Source of the DNA: Myxococcota bacterium
GTDB lineage: Bacteria; Myxococcota; Myxococcia; Myxococcales; Myxococcaceae
Assembly: GCA_049322255.1 (NCBI GenBank)
Contig: JBMORE010000181.1
Location: forward strand, 1 to 54,413
Reading direction: 5' to 3'
Length of the DNA stretch: 54,413 nucleotides
Both the position numbers and the translations under genes were made by a program. This document shows, piece after piece, positions 36,901 to 44,764 of the stretch (position 1 is its first letter; each line of letters begins with the position of its first letter). The notes below the pieces were generated by a model. That model searched no databases, was not told the origin of the DNA, and saw only the letters and a list, made by a program, of their open reading frames with translations.

Positions 36901-39900
36901 CGCCCGCGCCGCCGACATGCTGCACGAGATTGGCCGTGACTCCGACGCCGCCGAGCTCGACGCGCTTCTCCTCGAGCACGACCCCTTCCATCCCGCTTTC
37001 ACCCGCCACGCGGCCTACCTTCAAGAGGCGCGCGACGACCAGGCGCTGGGGGCGCTGCTCTTGGCCCGCGCGGAGCGGCGCCAGAAGGAGGAGGCTGCCC
37101 AGAGCTACCTCGCCGCCGCCGCCGCTTTCCGCCGCGCGGGCGCCAAGGAGCGGGCGCTTCTGTGCGAGGAGCTGGCCTTCGAAGCCCACCCCGCCGATGC
37201 CGCTGCCTTCGAGGCCGTACGGGCCCGGCTCAAGGGCGATGTCCGCCGTCTCGCCGGGCTCTTGTGGGCCCGCGCCGAGGCGGTGCCCGAGGAGTCGGCG
37301 GCCCTGTTGGCCGAGCGGGTGCGCGCGCTCGCCGACGCCGGCGAAACCTTGCTGGCCGCCGAAGCGCTCGACGACTTGCTCCGAGTAGCGCCCGACGACG
37401 TGTCGGCGCTCGCCCAGCGCGGCGACATGGCCGCCACCGCCAAAGGCCCTCTCGCCGCCCAGCCGTATGACCGCAAGCTCCTCGACGTCGGGGGCGTCTC
37501 GCTGCCGGTGCCCTTACGGCTCAAGACCCAGCTGCGGCTGGGGCACGCCGCGCTGGAAGGCAGCGCGTACCACGACGCCGCCGAGGCGCTGGAGGCGGTG
37601 GTGGCGCTCGACCCCGAGGGCGAGAAGGGCAAGGAGGCGCTCTCCTTGCTCTCCGAAGTGCACGCCCGCACCCAGAATGCCCGCGGGCTGTACCAGACTT
37701 CCCTCCTCCTCGCCGCGCGCTCCCAGGGGGCCGAGGCGGAGGCCTTCTATCGCCGAGCGGCCGCTTTGTTCGAGCATCCGCAGGACGCGGTCGACGCGCT
37801 CCTTCCCCTCTCCAAGCTGCGCCCGGGTGACCAGGGCGTGGTGGATCGAGCCGCGGCGGCCTTGAAAGCCCTGGGCCGCCATGGGGAGCTGCTCGACCTC
37901 TATGAGCGCAGCGCGCAAGCGATGGGGGGCACCGCCGCCGCCGAGGCGCTGCTCGCCGCTGCTTCCCTGGCTGAAAACGAGCTGCTCGACTCAGCCAAGG
38001 CCAAGGAGCTGCGCGAGGCCGCGGCGCGGGTCGATCCCGACAACGTGGGTGCCTTGCGGGCGTTGGCCACGGCGCAACGGCGGGACCAGGACCCCTCGCT
38101 TCTCTCCACCCTGAAGCATCTGGCGGAGAGCACCCAGGACGAAGAGGAGGCGGCGCTGTTGCGCCTCGAGGTGGCGGAGCTGGCCACCGCGCACGGTGAT
38201 GTCTCGTCGGCCCGCACCGCGCTGGAGGCCGTGGCTGCCCGCGGTCCCCAGGGTGTGGGCTACGCCACTGCGCTGGAGCGGTTGGAGAAGCTGTTGGCGC
38301 AAGGAAACGAGCACCCCGCGCTGGCCCAGGTGCTCGCCCAACGCGCCGAGCTGGTGGAAAGCGGCGAGCGCGCCCAGCTGCTCCTGTCTGCAGCCGAGGC
38401 GATGCACCGGGGGGGAGACGACGCCAAGGCCGCCGAATGGGCGCGCGCGGCCCTGGCCGCCAAGCCGTCGGTGGAGGGTCTTTTGCTGCTCTCCTCGTTG
38501 TGTCGCGCCACCCAAGACCTGCCCCGCGCGGCCGCCGCGCTCGCCCAGGCCGCGCAGCTCTCCGCGCCCCAGGCGCAAGGCAAGCTCTGGGTGGAGGCGG
38601 CCGAGGCGTGGGAGGCAGCGGGGGACGCGGCCGAGGCCCGTGACCTCCTCGAGCGGGTGGGAAAAGAGCATCCGCAGCTTTTGAGCCCGGAGGATTTCGC
38701 CGAGCGCTTCTTGCGGCTGGGGGCGCCGGAGCTCGCCGTGGCGCACGGCTATGCGCCCGCGCTGGCCGCCGGGCAGCTTCAGCGCGCGCTGCAGTTGGCC
38801 GACGCCGCCCATGACGCCGCCAAAGTGCGCGAGGTGTTGTGGGCGTTCGCGCGCACGGACGGCGCCGGGCCTCACGTGGAGCGCCTCGCCTCCGACTTGC
38901 GCGAGGCGCACGACTTCGAGGGGCTGACCCACTTGGCCGACCTCTGCGTGCAAAGTGGAGCGCGGGAGCGGGCCGTCACGCTGGCCGAGGAGGTCTTGCG
39001 GCAGTCGACGGAGGCGAAGCTTCGCCGGGGTGCGTTCGAGCGGCTGATGCGCTGGGAAGAGCTCCCCCGGCTCCTCGACTTGGCGGTGCAGCGCGAAGGA
39101 CCGGCGGAGGTCGCCGAGCTCCTCCTCGAGGTCGCGCGGGAGGCGCCGCAGAAGGTGAAAGAGCGCATCTTCGAGCACCTGGCCGAGCACTTGCCGGCAC
39201 GGCGCGCCTCGCTGTTGCGCGCGCTCTACGAGCACCGCCGGGCCGAGAGCCAGCTGGAGGAGGCGGCGCAAACGCTCGAGCGCCTGGTGGCCGCGGAGGG
39301 CGATGCGCGCGCCCGGGCCGCGCTCCATCAGGAGCTGGGAGAGCTCTACCTGGCCGAGCTCTCCTCCCCCCAGAAGGCCCGCGAGGCCTTCGAGCGTGCT
39401 CTCGCCGATGACTCCGACGCGGTGGCGGCGGTGAAGCAGCTGGTGTCGCTCTACCAGAAGGCGGGGGAAGTCGAGCGCTTCGTGGCGATGGCCGAGCGCG
39501 CCGCGCGCTTGATTGGCCCTTGGGCGCTCGAGCCTTACCAGGAGGAGCTGGCCCACGCCTACCAGACGCTCGGCCGCAAGGAGGACGCCTTCGGGCTGCT
39601 TTCCACCCTGCCCGAGACCGAGGAGCGCCTCAAGCGTCGCGCGCAGCTTGCCCTGGAGCTGGGGCTGACCGGCGAGGTGCTGACGCTGCAGGAAAAGGTC
39701 ACCACCGACCGCGGCGAGCTCTTGCGCATTCTCGAGGGTTACGCGCGCAGCGAGCTGGTGCCCATGGCGGTGAAGCTGGCCGAGCGGCTGCTCGCGGAAG
39801 GAGAGCTGCCACATTCATTGCGCCGGCTCCTCGCCGAGCGGCTGGCTCCCACGGCGCAAGGGGCAGCGTTGGCGGCCAGGCTTTGGCGGTCGCTCTTGCG

Positions 39901-40546
39901 CGAACAGCCCCTCGACGCCGACGGGTGGACGCTTTTTGCCGAAGCCTTACGGGTGCTCGGCCGCGAGGAGCACGCGCGGATGATTGACGGCTTTGGCGCC
40001 GCGCTCACGTTCTCCTCAGAGCCCTCCGCACCTGCGCGCATCGGCTCGGTCGACGCGCCCGCGAGCTACCACTACCCGGACCAGATGCCTCCCGGCCTGG
40101 TGCCGGTGAACGACTCCACCATGCCCCGCTTGCAGGGCATGCTCTCCGAGGCCCTCTCGGGGTTGGGCGCCGGAGGAATGGAGGTGTGGCTCGATCCGGC
40201 CGGAGGCGTGGAGGCCTACCAAATCTCCCACCAAGGCTTGGTGCTGGGCGCGCTCGCGCTCAGCTGCTTCGGGCCCGCCGAGCTCACCTATCTGTGCGCG
40301 CTGGCGTTGGCGCTGGGCGACCGCGGGCACCTCTTGTCCCTGCCGGGCGACATCGAGGGGCTGTCTGAAGCGGTCGTCACCGCCTTCGACGCTTACCCCG
40401 CCTCGCTCGCCGCCGCCCGTGTGCTCACCCAGCTCGACGCCCGGGTGCGCGGGATGGACCCTTCGCTGGTGCAGATGAGCGAGCTGCTCCCTGACAGTCA
40501 GGCCTTCCGGGCGGTGGCCAGCCACGCCCTTCAGATGGTGGAGTAG
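30980..40546 (+). CDS. Giant TPR-repeat protein (~3190 aa), myxobacterial type
   Basis: Continuous Ala/Leu/Glu/Arg-rich helical repeats with P-D/A-L turns and strong GC3 bias; ~230-aa beta-rich N-domain and a non-TPR C-domain. Confidence 0.9.
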   Translation: MAKAKDSAAPATKGAGPELRLLDRRAFVGFPELSVAPGLTLTDFALQIPDVTFPFNVTGGPARYQKKKLDFGFLELSVDAELISRKVAELSAQLAELSELRLHFRPGYLEGQARLHGKERAPVTFKVAFDGDGDALAVYVYDVRLYAFSTTPAAQVPVLLSRALADLGVLPEVELRGANGFVTRILPELVRRAAVSRGYKMPSLDQARLSAAEVSGKGLRLRFSSGGLPPAHTPDEELLLALEGARAFADAEELVAQGKLDPARQAYLKLGDPQDAHPFAVERLLSLLVANPSAHEMALDVAAHLARRRDRSAAALWAEGVVRERRGESARASERYLALCALARKNQEEASAFFAAESAARAARDQAPQMAVRALHELLGLKPDHLPSLKALARASDQAEDRAGAIRAYRRIAALARDPAEAAEAHVHLARLCALTEDDIAGARLHCEAALRLAPDHPEALYQLGELCHAGGEHLRALKALDRLREVAMGRHEVDRVGKANLLAGRVWEKGLGQPENALLRYREAVSLLPGEAEPLYLAARVAESLGKTQEAIAGYQQAIELAGPAPRNEVVRAAAHDAHHALARLYKTKLSDPARARDHLEAALALNERDMVAIDELLPYFRASGKAAELADACEKAAAVVEDPARRAAFWAEAGELYRGRLGNLEKAERLLSAALDADGHNPLALEGMLALAEGRRDGGQLCRCLSALAELAQDPKERARHLRRLSVAARDLAFDLELAARALSELLTLEPDDLPALGELCGLQRRRTDMNGLATALEKRAGAAERQGDKRLAAAALRELAQVLEARLGRVGEALVALEKAARLAPDAGVLFDLAQLSLRCERPEHARRALEDLLSSMPKHAAPERLAEVRALHGRACELCGDFDRAKESYAAAFPLRRLDEELFGRLEALYAQAGQQRELTELWAARAQALLASGRAKEAAPLFFQSAQALLSSGDHAGAVLRLGAALDAAPQGEQAGDILEAMAELEVARGERLEAAKLLAKRASLLEDARASSQAYFRAATLAAGTNREAGFLAKSLERDATYAPARVRRAELTFQTDPRAALADAEAVLALDEGAFPEGVDRLTLTRKAATAARAAGLADTARKHLARYAAMRPEDLEALQELAELHRAAHAKEALCDLLGELWPRLPGAKKQQARKEYAELSLELGRAVAATEALRAVLEAEPTDLWAAQKLLALLPEQDFTGPVADERLFLLSLLADNARGDERGELLVRRARAHRAAGATAAARADLRDAAASSRRSGALYKELAELEREAHDEAGELLAWKEAVRADPGLGELAAARLFELAARRLEAHDYSTAREGFFAAVGLPLAPSERCEAYLGLSRAAEALADEQGAAQALLEASKQGPAPRRCEALLRRGSLLERAGDSSGAAQSYEGALALAPRQAQATESLKRVLTGMEDWSGLAEVLAAEAAGAPRSAAAALFAELGALYLERLGQKGPAEAALRRAAQLDEKNVEVRRRLFTLLAERGELLEATKLLEETAAALEPAKAAAVLREGVALSRRAGDLERALKLARRAHELSSAQGDDLHALAELLYVKGAVKEALPIHQALATQVDFADNPEGAEGALLRLADLAQQVGEASLAERTLRRLVQERPLHSLAVERLAALVHPARPREAIELLAAHAGELAASERAVQLLVELSGRAREELADVELSAQLLRRAAERSPQPLALYRSLAELYRESGRTQELSAQLSQIAALELEQGDVEAALAAYEEEALLAESSGRVDEALRTLVAAVEICEDEGRLEAAAGLERRRAEILRDAKLDLDAAEAALRHAYELHPELVTTQLGAALAARRDDRDGEMDWLERSLAHLGSPEDRGEVFLRLARLHLGDGSGADTPHPIPLPEGEGAADAAEAALREAQKSAAHAPVAEELLAALYEKQGRLADLAAHYEEAAARTRSTEERGRLLLRAAEIYKDRAGKPHQAAAALLAARAAAPDDWALTARAADMLHEIGRDSDAAELDALLLEHDPFHPAFTRHAAYLQEARDDQALGALLLARAERRQKEEAAQSYLAAAAAFRRAGAKERALLCEELAFEAHPADAAAFEAVRARLKGDVRRLAGLLWARAEAVPEESAALLAERVRALADAGETLLAAEALDDLLRVAPDDVSALAQRGDMAATAKGPLAAQPYDRKLLDVGGVSLPVPLRLKTQLRLGHAALEGSAYHDAAEALEAVVALDPEGEKGKEALSLLSEVHARTQNARGLYQTSLLLAARSQGAEAEAFYRRAAALFEHPQDAVDALLPLSKLRPGDQGVVDRAAAALKALGRHGELLDLYERSAQAMGGTAAAEALLAAASLAENELLDSAKAKELREAAARVDPDNVGALRALATAQRRDQDPSLLSTLKHLAESTQDEEEAALLRLEVAELATAHGDVSSARTALEAVAARGPQGVGYATALERLEKLLAQGNEHPALAQVLAQRAELVESGERAQLLLSAAEAMHRGGDDAKAAEWARAALAAKPSVEGLLLLSSLCRATQDLPRAAAALAQAAQLSAPQAQGKLWVEAAEAWEAAGDAAEARDLLERVGKEHPQLLSPEDFAERFLRLGAPELAVAHGYAPALAAGQLQRALQLADAAHDAAKVREVLWAFARTDGAGPHVERLASDLREAHDFEGLTHLADLCVQSGARERAVTLAEEVLRQSTEAKLRRGAFERLMRWEELPRLLDLAVQREGPAEVAELLLEVAREAPQKVKERIFEHLAEHLPARRASLLRALYEHRRAESQLEEAAQTLERLVAAEGDARARAALHQELGELYLAELSSPQKAREAFERALADDSDAVAAVKQLVSLYQKAGEVERFVAMAERAARLIGPWALEPYQEELAHAYQTLGRKEDAFGLLSTLPETEERLKRRAQLALELGLTGEVLTLQEKVTTDRGELLRILEGYARSELVPMAVKLAERLLAEGELPHSLRRLLAERLAPTAQGAALAARLWRSLLREQPLDADGWTLFAEALRVLGREEHARMIDGFGAALTFSSEPSAPARIGSVDAPASYHYPDQMPPGLVPVNDSTMPRLQGMLSEALSGLGAGGMEVWLDPAGGVEAYQISHQGLVLGALALSCFGPAELTYLCALALALGDRGHLLSLPGDIEGLSEAVVTAFDAYPASLAAARVLTQLDARVRGMDPSLVQMSELLPDSQAFRAVASHALQMVE
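36582..36616. repeat. REP-like palindromic element inside the TPR gene
   Basis: CCCCTCACCCTATTCCTCTCCC-AGA-GGGAGAGGGG; perfect 8-bp stem 36596-36603/36607-36614; read in frame as PHPIPLPEGEG. Confidence 0.75.
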
Positions 40547-40552
40547 GGCCTG

Positions 40553-41143
40553 ATGAAGCGCCCCTTGGCCGTCCTCGCCGCGCTCGCCTGCGCACGTTGT
40601 CTGACCAGCGAAACCTTTCCCGGAGACGAGGTGATGGGAACCTTCTCCTTTCAGGCGGAGGAGCTCTCCAAGGATTGCCAGCTCTCCGACATTCCGGAAG
40701 GGGGATTTGGTCCTTTCACCGGCACCTTCTCTCGCATCAAGGGTCAACCGGAGGCGTGGCTCACCCTGGGCGAAGTGTCGCGGGAGGCGGTCTTCGACGG
40801 GCAGGTGGTGAGCTCGACGCGAAGGGCGCCGCGCCGCTTCCCCGAGTGCCAGTGCGACGACACCGAGGTAGAGGAGACGCTCACGGTGGCGCTGCTCTCC
40901 AAGAGCCAGGACCAGGAGGTGGAGCGGCTCTTTGGCGCCGCGGGCTGCCCACCCTCGCCGTTGGACGGGGGAGTGCCCGCTCCCGACGTGGACGAGGGCA
41001 TCGTCCGCCCCGACTCCACCGAGCGCGGCTTCGACGCGGTGCGCGCGTGCGGAGTGCTGGTGGACGTGGTGGTGCCCGGGCAGAGCTGTCAGTGCGAAAT
41101 GCCCTGCACGCTCACCTATCGAATTTTGGGAGAGCGTAAGTGA
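40553..41143 (+). CDS. Hypothetical secreted/lipoprotein
   Basis: Signal-like N-terminus with Cys, several paired Cys; sits between the TPR gene and queC (GTGA overlap). Confidence 0.7.
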   Translation: MKRPLAVLAALACARCLTSETFPGDEVMGTFSFQAEELSKDCQLSDIPEGGFGPFTGTFSRIKGQPEAWLTLGEVSREAVFDGQVVSSTRRAPRRFPECQCDDTEVEETLTVALLSKSQDQEVERLFGAAGCPPSPLDGGVPAPDVDEGIVRPDSTERGFDAVRACGVLVDVVVPGQSCQCEMPCTLTYRILGERK

Positions 41144-41826
41144 AAGCGGTGGTGCTGCTCTCCGGCGGCCTCGACTCCGCCACCTGCCTGGCGATGGCCA
41201 AGGCGCAAGGGTTTTCTCCGGTGGTGTTGAGCGTGCGCTACGGCCAGCGACACGAGGTGGAGCTTCGACGCGCGCGCGAGGTGGCGGCGGCGATGGGGGT
41301 GAATGACTTTCGCGAGGTGGCGGTGGATTTACGCGCCATCGGCGGCTCGGCGCTCACCGCGGACTGGGAGGTGCCCAAAGACCGCGGGCAGGTTCAGATG
41401 GCGAGCGGCATTCCCGTCACCTACGTGCCGGCGCGCAACACGCTGTTTTTGGCGCTGGCGCTGGGGTTGTGCGAGGTGGTGGGGGCCAAAGACATCTTCA
41501 TCGGGGTGAACGCGGTGGACTACAGCGGCTACCCCGACTGCCGGCCGGAGTTCATTCGCGCCTTCGAGTCGCTCGCCCACCTGGCCACCAAGGCCGGGGT
41601 GGAGGGCACCCGCTTCACCCTCCACGCGCCGCTCTCGGGGATGAGCAAGGCGGACATCATCCGCGAGGGGACGCGGCTAGGGGTGGATTACGCAAAGACG
41701 CACTCCTGCTACGACCCTACGCCCGACGGCCGCGCCTGCGGACGTTGCGACAGCTGCCTGTTGCGTCAGAAAGGTTTCGCCGACGCCGGCGTGCCCGACC
41801 CTACGCTGTACGTGGAGGGCGGGTGA
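41140..41826 (+). CDS. queC: 7-cyano-7-deazaguanine synthase
   Basis: [33 protein letters not shown]...CGRCDSC. Confidence 0.97.
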   Translation: MKAVVLLSGGLDSATCLAMAKAQGFSPVVLSVRYGQRHEVELRRAREVAAAMGVNDFREVAVDLRAIGGSALTADWEVPKDRGQVQMASGIPVTYVPARNTLFLALALGLCEVVGAKDIFIGVNAVDYSGYPDCRPEFIRAFESLAHLATKAGVEGTRFTLHAPLSGMSKADIIREGTRLGVDYAKTHSCYDPTPDGRACGRCDSCLLRQKGFADAGVPDPTLYVEGG

Positions 41827-42431
41827 CGACGGCGCTTTTGGTTTTCCTCTTGCGCGCCGATGCGGGCAGCCCCCTGTTGGTGGACGCGACCACCGTGGTG
41901 CAGGACCTGGTGGTGGACCTGCGCTACGCCACCGAAGACAACTTCCTCAAGAAGAAGGTGTACCCCGGGGGAGCGAGGTGTCTTTTGCGCATGGAGACCG
42001 CCCAGCTGCTGAAAAAGGCCGCCGACCAACTCCGCCCGCGAGGGCTTCGGCTCAAGGTCTACGACTGCTACCGCCCACGTTCAGTGCAGTGGGAGATGTG
42101 GCGGATTCTCCCCAAGCCCGGCTACGTGGCCGACCCGCGGAAAGGCTCCAACCACAACCGAGGCGCGGCGGTGGACTTGACCCTGGTGACGTCCGACGGT
42201 GGTGAGTTGGAGATGCCCACGCCGTTCGACACCTTCTCCTCTGCGGCGCACCACGGTTACGCCGGGGGCAGCGAGGCCTCGCGCCGGCATCGCGAGTTGC
42301 TCCGTCAGGCGATGGAGGGCGCAGGCTTCAAGCCCAACCGCATGGAGTGGTGGCACTACGACTTGCCCCACGCGCGCATCTTCCCAGTGCTCGACCAGCC
42401 GTTCCCGGGGGCTCAATCCAAGTCCCGGTAA
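41823..42431 (+). CDS. ddpX: D-alanyl-D-alanine dipeptidase (M15D, VanX/DdpX family)
   Basis: [34 protein letters not shown]. Confidence 0.9.
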   Translation: MTTALLVFLLRADAGSPLLVDATTVVQDLVVDLRYATEDNFLKKKVYPGGARCLLRMETAQLLKKAADQLRPRGLRLKVYDCYRPRSVQWEMWRILPKPGYVADPRKGSNHNRGAAVDLTLVTSDGGELEMPTPFDTFSSAAHHGYAGGSEASRRHRELLRQAMEGAGFKPNRMEWWHYDLPHARIFPVLDQPFPGAQSKSR

Positions 42432-42682
42432 ACGTCCTTGCGGTGCCCGACCTTGAGGACGAGAACGGTGATGGTCGCATCATCCACCACATAGATGACT
42501 CGGTAGCGCCTTACCCGCAGGCGAAACGCGTCTCTGGAGCCTTGGAGCTTGCGGCAAGCGCGCGGGCGCGGATCCACCGCCAAACCCTGGATGGCGGTCA
42601 CGACGGCTCGTCGATCTGCGCTCGGAAGCGACTCGATCTGCCGCTCGGCTGAACGCGTGATTTTCAGTCTATAGACGGCCAC
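42413..42682 (-). CDS. relE: RelE/ParE-family toxin
   Basis: [43 protein letters not shown]. Confidence 0.9.
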   Translation of the reverse strand: MAVYRLKITRSAERQIESLPSADRRAVVTAIQGLAVDPRPRACRKLQGSRDAFRLRVRRYRVIYVVDDATITVLVLKVGHRKDVYRDLD

Positions 42683-42899
42683 GCGCCTTCAGCTCACGGA
42701 CGAATTCTTGGAAAGGCCTCGAGGGTTCTTTCCTAAGCCTTTCCAACTCGGATGCGTCTTCCAACTCCTCGAGCTTGTCGAGCAGTGCGTTCTCGACGAA
42801 ACGGCCAATCTTGAGCCCGTGCGCACGGCAGTATGCGGTCACGGCCTTTTTGAGATGAACATCTACCCGGGTGGACATCTGAACCTGAGCGGCTGCCAT
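42669..42899 (-). CDS. Ribbon-helix-helix antitoxin for RelE
   Basis: AGGAG RBS; QMSTRVDVHLKKAV..FVENALLDKLEELED; overlaps the toxin start. Confidence 0.8.
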   Translation of the reverse strand: MAAAQVQMSTRVDVHLKKAVTAYCRAHGLKIGRFVENALLDKLEELEDASELERLRKEPSRPFQEFVRELKARGRL

Positions 42900-42923
42900 G
42901 CAGAGCTCCTTTTCGAAATCAAA

Positions 42924-42941
42924 AGCTAGCAATTGATAGCA
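42924..42941. promoter_or_regulatory. Palindromic operator upstream of RHH-RelE
   Basis: GCTAGCAATTGATAGC (7/8 pairs); contains TGATAGCA, resembling the RHH FitA half-site. Confidence 0.55.
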
Positions 42942-43021
42942 AACGCTTCAAGGCCCTCATCCAGCCGACTGGACGAGGAGCTCGCAGAGTGGCGGCAGAC
43001 TGCTTCGGAGGCGGCAAACGT

Positions 43022-43335
43022 TTACGGAAGGTCCTTGCCGGGAATGACTTTGGAGAAGAACTCCGGAGCTGGCAGGCAGGTGATTCCCCGGTGAGGATAA
43101 AGCGCCGTCCCCGCTGCTCCTCCATCAGCACGTGCACCGAGTCGAGCAACTGGGGCAGCTTCTGCACCTCGTCGATGACGAAGGTACCCTTGGCCGGTTG
43201 CCCGTGGACCAGCTCCCGCAAGCGCTCCGGCCGGGCGCTGTAGAGGCGAAAGGAGTCCGGCCCGAGCAGATTGACCCAGGTCGCCCCCGGCAGGTGCTCG
43301 CGCGCCCAGGTGGACTTGCCGGTGCCCCTTGGCCC
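43022..43335 (-). pseudogene. Internally deleted AAA_14/DUF4143 ATPase
   Basis: GPRGTGKSTW...FVIDEVQKLPQLLDSVH...RFILTG (43335-43087) joined out of frame, in a G4 run, to a likely native C-terminus GITCLPAPEFFSKVIPGKDLP* (43087-43022). No start codon. Confidence 0.8.
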
Positions 43336-43356
43336 ATGTCTGCTTTCGCCGATCCA

Positions 43357-44721
43357 CTAGGGGGCGCAGGCGGCCATGCACTGTCCGTGGAGGCAGCGGT
43401 TGGAGGCGCATTCGCTGTCGACGAGGCAGCTCGCGCCCGGACCGCCGAGCCCCACGCACACCCGCCCCCCATCGCCGGCGGTCTCGCAGGCACCAAAGAG
43501 GCACTGCCCGTTGAGACAGGGGCTGCCCGGGAGCGGCAGCGGCGTACAGCTTTGGCCAGCGCAGGTGGAGAACACCCGGCAGTCGCGATTCAGGACGCAG
43601 GGAAAACCGTCCTCCAAGCGCGGCGCACACTCAGAGCCTCCGTCGGAGGGAGCGCACGACAAGTGGGGCGCACAGTCGGCGCTCGAGGTGCAGGCGCCTC
43701 CTTCTGGCACTGGGGGAAGGCAGACGCCCAGGGCGGTGGCGGTGGCGCCCACGCACACCGTGCCCAGGGTGCAACCTTGGCGGTACGAGCAGGCCCCGTC
43801 CTGGGGAATGGGGCCCTGGAGCGCGCAGCGGCCGGTCTCGTCCAGACAAAGAAAGCCGTTCACGCACTGGGAGTCGTCGGTGCACGGGGCATCGGCTCCC
43901 ACCTTGTCCATGCACACCCCGCCGTCGTTTCGGCTCAAGCACCAAGCGGTATCGACGCAGGCTCCCTCGATGCAGCTTTCTCCCGAAGCGCGCTTGGCTT
44001 CGCAGACGAGCTGCGCGTTGCAGAAAAACCCTGCGGCGCAGGGCGCCTGCGGGTCGCAGGGGCTGTTCACGGCGCCGTAGGCGGTGCACTTGCCCGCGCC
44101 CGCCGCGCTCAGCTTGCAGTACAGCCCGCCGTCGGTGCGGCAGTCGTCGTCGCGGGCGCAGTCTTCGCTGACGTTGCCCGGAAGCTGGCACTTGCGCGGG
44201 CAGGAAGAGCCGCGGCACACCCCCTCGCGGCACTCGGCATTCTCTCCGTAGCAGGGCTGGGTGAGAAAGGAGCCGGGCAGGAGGAAAGCGCGGCAGGCAG
44301 CCGGCTCGGTCTTCCAGTCGGAGCAGGCCCGCTGGGCGAACGCGTCGGCGCAGCTTTGCGCCAGCTGCGCGTCGTAGCGCAACGTGCCCGCCTCCACCCG
44401 CGCAGGCCAGCGCGAGGGGCCGCACCAGGTGGCGGTGAAGAAGGCGATGCAATCGCGCGCCGCGTATTCGCCGGGCTCGATGACCCCGCATCGTTGCAGG
44501 TATTCGCACCGGCGGGCGCTCAACGTGGCGCACGCACCCCGCAGGGCCAAGCCGCCGTCGCTGCCGCCCCCTCCGCCTCCGCCGTCGGGCAGCGCTGTGC
44601 CACCGTCGCTCTTTCCGCCGTCAGGAAAGGGACCGTCAGGGGGCTTGCGGTCCGCTCCCGAGCAAGCCGCCACCGCGGCGAAGAGAATGCTGAAGAGGGT
44701 GGCGCGCAAGGTCGTGCCCAT
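43357..44721 (-). CDS. Cys-rich repeat lipoprotein (Dickkopf-N-like repeats)
   Basis: Lipobox VAAC, Gly/DGG linker, LRYDAQLAQSC, many GxxCxxxxxCxxGxxC repeats. Confidence 0.8.
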   Translation of the reverse strand: MGTTLRATLFSILFAAVAACSGADRKPPDGPFPDGGKSDGGTALPDGGGGGGGSDGGLALRGACATLSARRCEYLQRCGVIEPGEYAARDCIAFFTATWCGPSRWPARVEAGTLRYDAQLAQSCADAFAQRACSDWKTEPAACRAFLLPGSFLTQPCYGENAECREGVCRGSSCPRKCQLPGNVSEDCARDDDCRTDGGLYCKLSAAGAGKCTAYGAVNSPCDPQAPCAAGFFCNAQLVCEAKRASGESCIEGACVDTAWCLSRNDGGVCMDKVGADAPCTDDSQCVNGFLCLDETGRCALQGPIPQDGACSYRQGCTLGTVCVGATATALGVCLPPVPEGGACTSSADCAPHLSCAPSDGGSECAPRLEDGFPCVLNRDCRVFSTCAGQSCTPLPLPGSPCLNGQCLFGACETAGDGGRVCVGLGGPGASCLVDSECASNRCLHGQCMAACAP

Positions 44722-44728
44722 CGACGCT

Positions 44729-44760
44729 AAAAAAACGCGAGCTTCCGGCCGCCTAAGCTC
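44729..44760 (-). terminator. Possible intrinsic terminator between the two Cys-rich paralogs
   Basis: Minus strand GAGCTT-10 nt-AAGCTC-GCG-TTTTTTT directly after the upstream stop. Confidence 0.4.
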
Positions 44761-44764
44761 CTCG

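Noticed and set aside
41140..41826. queC as part of a defence or DNA-modification system, or with a preQ1 riboswitch
   Set aside because: Canonical length and motifs, and no qat/dpd neighbours. It overlaps the upstream gene, so there is no leader for a riboswitch.
43087..43359. ATPase fragment in frame with the upstream lipoprotein stop (read-through fusion)
   Set aside because: One-in-three coincidence. The fragment is broken, and fusing it to an exported protein makes no topological sense.
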